Source of the DNA: Octopus sinensis | Lineage: Eukaryota | Direction of reading: 5' to 3' | Assembly (NCBI RefSeq): GCF_006345805.1 | Contig: NW_021836530.1 | Span: 1-24,872, forward strand | DNA: 24,872 nucleotides | Shown: positions 10,893-20,642 of the stretch, one piece after another | Layout of the letters: each line of letters starts with the position of its first letter | How positions within the stretch are numbered: position 1 is the stretch's first letter | Notes under the pieces: model-generated | What the model saw: only the letters and a program-made list of their open reading frames with translations | Databases searched by the model: none | What the model was told of the DNA's origin: nothing | Program-made: the position numbers and the translations under genes

Positions 10893-10962
10893 CGAAAGGC
10901 AAAGTCTACCTGGGCAGAATTTGAACTCAGAACGTAAAGACGGACAAAATGCTGCTAAGCAC
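10893..10962 (-). mobile_element. SINE family B fragment in the intron
   Basis: gaaaggcaaagtctacctgggcagaatttgaactcagaacgtaaagacggacaaaatgctgctaagca matches family B; followed by (CA)n 10962-11052. Confidence 0.8.
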
Positions 10963-10977
10963 ATACATACACACGCA

Positions 10978-11018
<41 letters not shown>

Positions 11019-11194
11019 CACACAAATACACACACACACACAAACACACACGACTTCTATCTTACCTTTATAAACAGGGCTAGTTTATCTGTTTCACCGT
11101 AGATTGAAAAAAAAATGATGATTAACATTATAATCAATTATGAATACAATTAATCAATTATAAATATAATTTGCTGTTTTTGTTTGTATTTCAG

Positions 11195-11340
11195 AATTTG
11201 AACGGGAGGAGAAGCTGGGTTTGCAGTCATTTAATTCGAAACGGTTTGCCTACAGTAACCCTGAACTGAACCAGTCCTTGCTGGCCACCTACACAGCTAA
11301 AAACACCACTCTCAAGAATGACATTGAAATCCAGGTGTGA
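11195..11340 (+). CDS. Next (probably terminal) coding exon of the same gene
   Basis: Acceptor ...gtttttgtttgtatttcag|AA. The phase-1 join G+AA gives E, then FEREEKLGLQSFNSKRFAYSNPELNQSLLATYTAKNTTLKNDIEIQV*; stop TGA 11338-11340. CAG|gtgtga at 11334/5 could alternatively be a weak donor. Confidence 0.8.
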
Positions 11341-11572
11341 TTAACATATACATATATATGTCTATATATATGTATATTCTTTATTTGTGGATTAACAATG
11401 CTGCTAATGGTTTCATGCAGATAATTCCACAGTTTTTCAAGCGTCCCACTAACAAGCCTCCGTGTTTGGATGAGACTACGAGAGATTACATGGTATATAT
11501 CACATTAACACCTTGACTGACCAGTCCGTCGGGCGTCCATTTGACACCGTTGGTCACAGCACGCTGTCACAC

Positions 11573-11574
<2 letters not shown>

Positions 11575-11651
<77 letters not shown>
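11575..11651. repeat. (TA)n microsatellite
   Basis: Directly visible; (GTAT/GT)n follows at ~11782-11849 and (GA)n at ~12317-12352. Confidence 0.95.
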
Positions 11652-11657
<6 letters not shown>

Positions 11658-12313
11658 CAAAGTTGGCTGCACGTTAGTGTATACAGTTAAACGAAATAGG
11701 ATCTTCACAAATCGCTACTCCGAGTTTCGGGAAACTCTGTGAAGATACATTTGAATGAAAATCACGCGTGGTACTGTGTTGTGTATGTATGTATGTATGT
11801 ATGTATGTGTGTGTGTGTGTGTGTGTGTGTGCGCGTGTGTGTGTGTGTGCATGTTTTCCAGGGTCACAGAGGGGAACGTCTGGGTATGGAGCAGTTGTGC
11901 GTTGTGGAAGGGTACGAAACAGCTGTAGTGCAACGTAGGTTGGTGGTGGAGTAGTTTGGTGGAAAGTGGTAGGATAGATATGGTCAGATATTAATATGAT
12001 GACAAGTGATTTAATTGAGAGCCTATCGGACACCGTTGAGGAGGTCGGCGGTTCAAATCATATCATTGGGGTTGTATTGAATGGGGTCGAGCTTCTAAGA
12101 CGAAACTCATTAAAATCTTTATGAATATAGGAATAACTGTGTGGTAAGGTTCGCTTCGTAACAGCATGGTCTCGGTTTCGTAGTAGGATGTGGCAGCACA
12201 GTGGGTCTGATGAAAATGTATTGATGTGCTGTGCTTCCTTCAGAACCTCCTGTGTTCCAGTGGTGTCAATCAACAGATGTGACTCCGCCCAGTAATGGAT
12301 ACAGCTGACCTGT

Positions 12314-12356
<43 letters not shown>

Positions 12357-13082
12357 GACTGATTGCCAAAGGAAATGTACTATGTCTGTATTTGCATGTG
12401 TGTTTATATATATATATATATGTGTGTGTGTCTCTGTGTGTATGTATGTGATTGATTTGAGGAGAATCCCTGTCACTCTTACGCTGTTAGGCCCCGCCTT
12501 AACCCCAAAATAATCCTTATGTTTAACCATCTCACTCCAGTCCCACCTAACTTATAACCACGCCCACCGCCCTCATTTCTTTGAATAGCGCCATTGTCCA
12601 CCGCTATTCAGAATGGGAGAACTCACACCCACCACTGAGACACGCCCACTGTTGCATGACCCCACCCAACACATATCTGTGGTCGAAATGAAGCTCCTCA
12701 GTTGTTACTTTAAAAGTGAATGGAGTGGATTTGAACCCATCCCCTCACTGTTTCGGACTCGCTATGTTTTGCTCCCTTCAGGATGTTGCCAAAGCCAAGA
12801 GCTTTAAAATAGAAAGACATAAACAAACAAACACTAAAAACTATCCGCTGATACTTCATCGTCCTCACCACCATCATCATCATCAACACGAACAACAAAC
12901 GAACAAAGGAGCTTCTATGTGATCACTCGATCTCCTAGAGACAACAGCCAAAATCTACCTTCAAATTAGAAAGAAACATTAAGTGATTTCCTCCTAGATA
13001 TATGAACATAGGAAATGGTCACGGTTGAAATGACCGATAAGGTGGGGATAAACGACAGCAGCAACAACAACAACAACAACAA

Positions 13083-13723
13083 CATCAGAAGCAGCAACAA
13101 GAATGATAGCGACATTAATAACAGCAGCAGCAGCAGCAGCGTGAATAGCGGCAACTTACAAACCAACAAAAAGGCCCCTATGTGGTTGCTGCACCTGCTA
13201 AAAATAACAACAAAATTTCTCTTTAATCGCCTCATTCAGCTTTAAATAAAGAAAGGATACATTCAGTAATGTAGTCCTATGTATTCCTGAGAAATCGGGA
13301 TGGTCATGAGTGGACGCCTTTGGTTATATGATTGCTGGATCGGTATTATCCTGGAATTAACAGCAACAACAGCAACACTCTGTGACCAATAATAACAACT
13401 GTGACAGCAACAACAACAGCAACAATGTCAATGATAATAAAAACACAAGAAACAATATAAATGGATTGAAACAGCGACGACAACGAGATTAACAAGCAAC
13501 AGATTAACGACTGCTTGAAGAAGAAGAGTTTCAGTGATTATGACAACTACAACAACAACAACAACAACCAGAACTTCAGCAACAAGAACAACAACCGCAA
13601 CAGTACTAATTACAACAATTGTGGCAAGAAGAACAACAACAATGACAGGGATGATAACTTTGCTTCAACAACAGCAACAACGACTACAATTACAAACATT
13701 ATCATAAAAACTAATGCTATTGA

Positions 13724-13782
<59 letters not shown>

Positions 13783-13783
13783 T

Positions 13784-13824
<41 letters not shown>

Positions 13825-13935
13825 ACACAACAACTTCAAACTGTCAACAGTAACGATAACAAGAACATTTCCTCTTTCAGCTACAACCACCAGAGTAGCA
13901 GCAACAAGAACAATAACAACAACAACAACAACAAC

Positions 13936-13968
<33 letters not shown>

Positions 13969-14608
13969 TCAGAAGCAGCAACAAGAATGATAGCGACATT
14001 AATAACAGCAGCAGCAGCAGCAGCGTGAATAGCGGCAACTTACAAACCAACAAAAAGGCCCCTATGTGGTTGCTGCACCTGCTAAAAATAACAACAAAAT
14101 TTCTCTTTAATCGCCTCATTCAGCTTTAAATAAAGAAAGGATACATTCAGTAATGTAGTCCTATGTATTCCTGAGAAATCGGGATGGTCATGAGTGGACG
14201 CCTTTGGTTATATGATTGCTGGATCGGTATTATCCTGGAATTAAACAGCAACAACAGCAACAACTCTGTGACCAATAATAACAACTGTGACAGCAACAAC
14301 AACAGCAACAATGTCAATGATAATAAAAACAACAAGAAACAATATAAATGGATTGAAACAGCGACGACAACGAGATTAACAAGCAACAGATTAACGACTG
14401 CTTGAAGAAGAAGAGTTTCAGTGATTATGACAACTACAACAACAACAACAACAACCAGAACTTCAGCAACAAGAACAACAACCGCAACAGTACTAATTAC
14501 AACAATTGTGGCAAGAAGAACAACAACAATGACAGGGATGATAACTTTGCTTCAACAACAGCAACAACGACTACAATTAAAACATTATCATAAAAACTAA
14601 TGCTATTG

Positions 14609-14664
<56 letters not shown>

Positions 14665-14665
14665 T

Positions 14666-14706
<41 letters not shown>

Positions 14707-14817
14707 ACACAACAACTTCAAACTGTCAACAGTAACGATAACAAGAACATTTCCTCTTTCAGCTACAACCACCAGAGTAGCAGCAACAAGAACAATAACA
14801 ACAACAGCAACAACAAT

Positions 14818-14861
<44 letters not shown>
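13083..14861. repeat. 884-bp tandem duplication rich in (AAC)n/(TAC)n/(AGC)n
   Basis: catcagaagcagcaacaagaatgatag starts at 13083 and 13967; ORFs 12966..13235/13877..14119 and 13515/14402 share identical text. Confidence 0.95.
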
Positions 14862-14863
<2 letters not shown>

Positions 14864-14959
14864 TCTACAACAACAACAACAACGACAACAACAAGAATTA
14901 CAAGATCAACCAAAAGGCTTCTCTGAAAATGCTACATCCAGATTTGCCAGTGAGTTCCT

Positions 14960-16442
14960 TGTGTTTAGGTTGTGAAGTTGGTTAAACGTCTGATGTACCT
15001 GACGTTGAAAATTGCTCCAAAACTGGTGAAACATGGACACGTTTGATGTTTAAGTTGCCCTGGCACTAATTAAAATATCTGCCCCGACTAGTGTTTCGGT
15101 TCCCGAGACACTGGAGAAATATCTTGTATATCTGGTGTTTAAGTTGCTGTTGGGCTGGATAAATATATCCAGTGTTTAGTTAACTGAAGCAATGGTTAAA
15201 CATCTCATATACTTTATGTTTAGACTGCTGTGACAATAGTCATACATCTGTCATATTTGGTGTTTAAATTGCTGTAACGTTAGTTAAACATATGAGATAC
15301 TTGGTTTTTAGGTTGTTGTAACATTCGCTAAACACCTGTGTACTGTGACATTAAACACTAAATACCTTTGGTGTTTAGGTTGTGATACTGTTTAAGAATT
15401 CGTTGAGACTGGTGAAGCATCTAACATTTTGATGTTAGGTATATGAGATCTCGATTAAACGTGTGCCTTATTTGGTGTTTAGGCTGTATCATTATTTAAG
15501 CATATTTGAAGTGTGGTGTGAATATTGTGATATTGATATAACACCTGATATATCTGGTGTTTAACTAAGTATTATAATGTTTAATATGAATTAGACAGGT
15601 GTCAAGCTTGGGTTGTTTAATGTAAAATTCACTGAACACATGCTTTATCAGGTGTTTAAGTTGTGACAGTAGAGAAGCATCTAATGTTCAGTAGTTAGAT
15701 GCTTATGAGATTGGAAAACATGACTGGTTTGGTGTTTAGGCTCACATTGACATTGCTTAAACATTAACATAATTCGGACAAGTTTGCTGTTTAAGTTACT
15801 GATATTGGTTAAACTTATACTAGATTCTGGCTTCAATCGCTGTGACACTCATTAAACATATTCCAGGCCTTATGTTTACGTTGCTGGGAATTTGGCTAAA
15901 CACATTCCTGGCTTGATGTTTAGGTTGCTGTGATTTTTCAAATATACTAGGACTAGTGTTTAGCCCAGTCTAGGCCGTGTTTTTAGGTTATTGTGAACTT
16001 GGCTAAACACATTCCAGGTTTGGTGTTTACGTTCTGGTGACTTTGGGCAAACACACACAAAACCTAGTGTTTAGCTTGCTGTGACACGGGCTAAACATGT
16101 TTCAGGCCTGGCGTTTAGGTTGCTGTGAACTTGGCGAAACATATTTCACGCTTGATGTTCTTGTTGGCATGACATTGCGTCGATATATTGCAAGCCTAGT
16201 GTTTAGGTTAATGTGTCACTAGCTAAACGTATTCCAGGCCTAGGGTTTAGATTGCTGTGACCCTGAATAAGCTGTGCCAAATCTGATGTTTAGATTGCTG
16301 TGAATTTAGCTAAACCTTATTCAGGCCTGGAGTTTCGGTCACTGTGGCATTCATTAAACATGTTCTAGGCCAAATTCATGTTTAGGTCACTTTGACATTA
16401 GTTAAACACCTGGGATGTTTGGTGTTTAGGTTGCTGTGAATT
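14960..16442. repeat. Degenerate 44-bp tandem array (~33 units) with internal dyad
   Basis: Approximate consensus TGGTGTTTAGGTTGCTGTGAMWTTGGCTAAACATATTCCAGGCC; consecutive 44-bp units are clear at 16065-16370. Confidence 0.88.
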
Positions 16443-17009
16443 ACCCCACCAAAATCTATCTCTGTTCATTTCTCCTTGTTATTGATTATCCCATCCTCTT
16501 TCCCTCTTTCTTCCTTTATTTCTTTGTTCCTTCCCGTCTTCCGTCTTCTGGTATACTAAATCAATAAATAAATCGATTAATCGATCAGTCAGCTAGCCGA
16601 ATATAGAAAATGATGTGCTGCTGAGTAAAATATATAAAAGAAAAACATGAAAGGAAATTAAAAAAAGTTCCCGAGCAGAGATTTGAACCCTGGCTCTTCC
16701 TCCCCACCTAAGACATAATCTCCTTCTACTGTTTTGTTGGATGATTTATGTTTGTTATATTGTTTCTTTGTAAGTTTCAGTTTCCTTGACAACGTGATCA
16801 GGTGCTGAAATACACCAAGAAAGAAATTTAAAAAAACAACAAAATAAAATAAAAAACAGTAACTTACCATTTATATTTATTTGACAATAAAGACTATTAT
16901 TAATTGTTATTGTTATCGTTATTGTTGTTATCGTCATCATCACCATCACCATCATCGTCATCATCATCATAATCTTCATCATTAGCAGCAGCAGCGCCAT
17001 TATTATTAT

Positions 17010-17472
17010 TATAGCGTGAGAGATCGAAGCATACCATCAAAGTGACACTGGAGTAAAATATACGAAGCCCAGTACACCCATCATGACTACCCGTCTGATA
17101 AGGGTACATCAGACACATGCATCACAATCATATGTGAGTGACATGGTGATCTCAGGTGGGGCCCAGTTAGAATTTTTTTCTGGTCGAGTAACCCATCCCG
17201 CTCAAAAGGTCCCTGAATAAGGGTTGTTTAGGGATATTGAACGAAACTAAAGTGTTTCGAAGGTGAATTATCCAAACCCCAAAGAATCCCTCTCAACACA
17301 CGGCTATGATGCTCCCCCACTACATCTACTCGTGATCAGAGATGCACATATCGTCAGCCACCAAGAGACATGCTCAACTGGTTATGGTCAAGCAACTGAC
17401 AAGCAAATCTGTGGTATTGAGCAGAACATTTGCTGTAGATCATCTTTTATACCAAGACAAAACAATGTACAT
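17010..17472. mobile_element. Probable interspersed-repeat fragment (possibly a LINE UTR) between trinucleotide tracts
   Basis: Complex island bounded by (ATC/ATT)n and (TTA)n. I recall it as a recurrent octopus repeat, but it has no second copy here and no protein motif. Confidence 0.3.
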
Positions 17473-17473
17473 G

Positions 17474-17474
<1 letters not shown>

Positions 17475-17535
<61 letters not shown>

Positions 17536-17547
17536 CATTATTATTAT
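17475..17547. repeat. (TTA)n = (TAA)n on -, tail or target of the adjacent LINE stub
   Basis: Directly visible. Confidence 0.95.
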
Positions 17548-17807
17548 TTCTTTTTATCACATGTGTTGTTGGAGCTCCTGGAGTCTTGCATGCGTAGTGG
17601 GCTTACTACCTACAGCCTACGATACCATGCTATCTGTTCTTTTCAATTATCTAATACTTTTTTGATTATTCTGGCCTTGCCAAGGAGGCAAATCTTTTGT
17701 AACAGTTCTACTGAGCACTCTGTTCCACTTTCATTTATGTGACTCTTGTTCCTTCTGATATTGTTCCCAAGGACCCAACAAAAGTTGGCTCTATCTTCAC
17801 CTTCTTC
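17548..17807 (-). mobile_element. 3' stub of an RLE-type LINE (R4/Dong-like)
   Basis: On -: KKVKIEPTFVGSLGTIS...(stop, frameshift)...VELLQKICLLGKARIIKKVLDN* (TGA 17643-17645). This matches the RLE C-terminus PI.VG.LG.I...LQK..LLG.ARI.RKVL; ~95-nt 3' UTR then (TAA)n. Confidence 0.8.
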
Positions 17808-17828
17808 ATATATATATATGCATATATA

Positions 17829-18094
17829 GTGTCAGGACGTTACCAACAGGGAAAATAGCATGAAATACGTAAACAACGAGAAAATAATGGAAAACAGGAC
17901 AGGTTAACACAGAGAAAAGACCTTTCATCAGTTGTCGGCTGTTTATCCACTTCTCATTTTGAACAGAGGAGTGGATAGACAGCTGACAACTGATGAGGGG
18001 TCCTTTCTCTGTGTTAACCTATCCTGCTTTCCATTATTTTCTCTCGTTGTTTGCGTATTTCATGTTATTTGCCCCGTTAGTGACGTCCTGTCAC
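17829..18094. repeat. Foldback inverted repeat, arms 17829-17955 and 17966-18094, 10-nt loop
   Basis: Manual alignment: about 15 substitutions (mostly transitions) plus one 2-nt indel over ~128 bp. Confidence 0.92.
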
Positions 18095-18104
18095 CACATA
18101 TGCA

Positions 18105-18128
18105 TATATATCTATATAGCTATATCTA

Positions 18129-18201
<73 letters not shown>

Positions 18202-18206
18202 GTATG

Positions 18207-18253
<47 letters not shown>
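18105..18253. repeat. (CTAT)n/(TA)n microsatellite
   Basis: Directly visible. Confidence 0.95.
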
Positions 18254-18255
<2 letters not shown>

Positions 18256-18336
18256 CGGGAAAGTTTACGAAAGACGAAGGCAGGTGGAGTACAAACAAAC
18301 AAATGTATTAGTATAGCGCTCAGGAATAGAAAAAGT

Positions 18337-18372
18337 CTTTTACGTTTCGAGTCTACGCTCTTCGATAGAAGG
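18337..18372 (-). ncRNA. Degenerate minimal hammerhead-like motif (Penelope-type terminus remnant)
   Basis: On -: cctt CTATCGA a GAGC-gtag-ACTC GAAA CGTA aaag. Hammerhead layout, but the core deviates from CUGANGA and stem II has a mismatch. Confidence 0.35.
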
Positions 18373-18589
18373 ATACACAGAAAAAAAGCAAGGAGAGAAA
18401 AAAATGCGTGTAGGAGCGAACGATAGAATGATAGCTTATATTTAATCTGATGAAATAAGAAAACATTATCAAATGTTAAAAAGTGATAAGCTAAGATAAG
18501 TGATGAAATAGGAGCAGGATCTCAATGTAATAAATAATATAGAATTGTGATTGTGTGAGGGTTAAGTGAGTAGATAAAAATAATTATGT

Positions 18590-18765
18590 TAGATATAATC
18601 GAATAAAGTATAATCGGGTAAGAGCTCGGTGTTGCTCGCGTTCTGTATGTGTTCCGAGTTCAAATTCCACCGAGGTCAACTCTGCCATTCATTCTTCCGA
18701 TGTCGGTAATCAGTTAAAAAAAAAAGTACAAATCAGAGACCGGAGTCGATGTTATCGGTTAACCC
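18590..18765 (+). mobile_element. SINE family B, diverged copy
   Basis: gttccgagttcaaattccaccgaggtcaactctgccattcattcttccgatgtcggtaa...ggagtcgatgttatcg matches family B in sense orientation. Confidence 0.7.
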
Positions 18766-18768
18766 CTC

Positions 18769-18824
18769 CACACACACACACACACACAGACCACACACAC
18801 ACACACCACACACACACACACACA

Positions 18825-18858
<34 letters not shown>

Positions 18859-18968
18859 TGCACGCACGCACGTACGCACGCACGCACACACACACACGCA
18901 CACACACATACACGTACACACAAACGCACACACACACACACACACACACACCACACACACACACACAT
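18769..18968. repeat. (CA)n/(CACG)n microsatellite
   Basis: Directly visible. Confidence 0.95.
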
Positions 18969-18977
18969 ATATGCATG

Positions 18978-19160
18978 CGTGTGTGCGTCTTTGTGTCTAT
19001 TTGTCCCTCACCACCGCTTGATAACCGGTGCTGGTATGTTTACCTCCTTATAACTTAGCAGTTCGGCAGAAGCGTCCCATAGAATAAGTGCTGGACTTCA
19101 AGAAAAAGTTCCCCAACGCTGTGCTCCAGCATGGCCGCAGTCTAATGACTGAAACGAGAT
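18978..19160 (+). mobile_element. SINE 3' body/tail fragment
   Basis: ccgcttgataaccggtgctgg...aacttagcagttcggcagaa...tagaataagtgctggactt...gctgtgctccagcatggccgcagtctaatgactgaaac; homologous to 5482-5735. Confidence 0.72.
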
Positions 19161-19626
19161 TATTCATTCAAAGTTTGACAGTTGTGTGTAACGATATCAA
19201 AAACAAAAAAAATTATTAATGGGGAATAACTCTGTACAAGGGAAGTAACTCATGAATCGACTTGCTACAACCATCCAGTTGTGCGTTGATTAAAATGGCG
19301 TCGTTCTTTTTTTAAATGAGAAAAAGACATTTGAGATAAAACGCACATAGACAGACAGACAGACACACACACACGCTCATATACGCACACACACATACAC
19401 AAATTTAGGCACACAAGCACATACAAACACAAACATACACAGAGAGACAAAGAAACAGTGAGAAAGAGAACAGAAACAGAGCGTGAGAGAGAGTGAGAGT
19501 CAGAAAGTGAGAGTCAGAGAGACAGACAGACAGAGTTGTCCGGATGTTTTGCGTTTTTGTCCCATTTTGTATTTTATTTCATATACATATATATACAGCG
19601 GCGTACGTACACTTTGTTCTCTTATA

Positions 19627-20012
19627 TCTATTTATAAAACTGAAATGCGAAAAGTTTGTTTGTTTGTTTGTCTGGTTTTGGCATTGAGAACGGGTTAAAG
19701 GCCACTAGATCCCGTCGGATTGACTCCAAAATTTACAGGGACATGTAAAATGAGGTGAGGATGCGAGTGGGCTAGGTGTCATTGCTAGGGTCAAAAATGC
19801 ACTTTGAAAGTCTAGTCTCATTCTTTTATGTATCTGTCTTCCTCCGTCACTCACTCTCTTTCCTCCCTTCCCATCACTTTCTATATATAACGTCGTCTAA
19901 CAGCGTCTAACTCCCCTTCACTTTCTCTTTATAACGTCTCAAATATATATTTCAAATGTAATAGGCCGTACTCCATGCACGCGTTATTTCGGTATCGTGT
20001 GTTGGCATTTAG
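19627..20012 (+). mobile_element. Probable non-autonomous Helitron (Lep1/HINE-like layout)
   Basis: A|TCTATTTATAAAAC start, (GTTT)n block near the 5' end, then cggattgactccaaaattt, a subterminal hairpin gcacg...cgtgt (19976-20000) and TTAG|T end (CTRR-like). No TSD; A-T target. Confidence 0.45.
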
Positions 20013-20039
20013 TACAGCAAATTTACATTTTATATGGGA

Positions 20040-20105
20040 CCATGCTGATGATGGGCTGCTTTTCCTTGCGGAAAAATAACAGCCGAAACTGAATTTAGTA
20101 CATGG
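20040..20105 (+). ncRNA. Type I hammerhead ribozyme (solo)
   Basis: Stem I CCATG(20040-44)/CATGG(20101-05); core CTGATGA 20045-51 plus 2 extra nt; stem II GGCTG/CAGCC with inner TTTTCC-ttgc-GGAAAA; GAAA 20085-88; stem III ACT/AGT; triplet GTA, predicted cut after 20100. Confidence 0.75.
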
Positions 20106-20349
20106 GTAAAAAATTTATTTATTTCGTATATTTTTCACTTGTTTATTGTTTTGGTTTGGTGTTGAGTTTGATCTGAGACATAGACTCTTTGTGGAAATGG
20201 CGATTGACATCTATATCTAGCATGTTGACTGTCCACTTTTCGTGTTCAGTCCTTAATTGGTATATATAAATATTTTAATCTTCGGATTCTTTCTTTAATA
20301 TGCTTAGACCACTGGTTTCTAATTGATAATATCAATTTTTACCCTTCAT

Positions 20350-20356
<7 letters not shown>

Positions 20357-20400
<44 letters not shown>
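20357..20400. repeat. (TA)n at the left boundary of the Penelope-like element
   Basis: Directly visible; a matching (TA)n lies at 23421-23458 on the right. Confidence 0.95.
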
Positions 20401-20401
<1 letters not shown>

Positions 20402-20463
20402 CATATAATATTATTGGTGAATTGAAGAAATGGAGCTGAACGAAGATTGAACAGAAATCGTTT

Positions 20464-20556
20464 TATTTCATTCTACACGTGTTTCGAAAGGCACAATTTA
20501 CCGAAATCCGATTGAATAATGAGACCATATTGTGTCTTTCTCTTCAGGAAGAAATA
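20464..20556 (-). ncRNA. Type I hammerhead ribozyme in the inverted pseudo-LTR
   Basis: On -: stem I TATTTCTTC / GAA(T)GAAATA; CTGAAGA (20547-20541); 12-bp stem II GAAAGACACAAT/ATTGTGCCTTTC with 1 mismatch; GAAA; short stem III with palindrome ACACGTGT; GTA triplet, cut between 20474 and 20473. Confidence 0.85.
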
Positions 20557-20642
20557 GGAAATCCGTTGGAAAAAACAAAAACAGAACAGAGGCGGAGCAA
20601 AGCAAATCGAACTAGGCTCCTAAGAGCCCATGGCAAAACTGT

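Noticed and set aside
13245-13250. AATAAA as the poly(A) signal of the + strand gene (duplicated near 14129)
   Set aside because: It is a common hexamer in AT-rich DNA about 1.9 kb from the stop; cannot be assigned without 3' end data.
14960-16442. CRISPR-like look of the palindromic 44-bp array
   Set aside because: Spacers are homologous rather than unique, repeats are highly degenerate, there are no cas genes and the context is eukaryotic.
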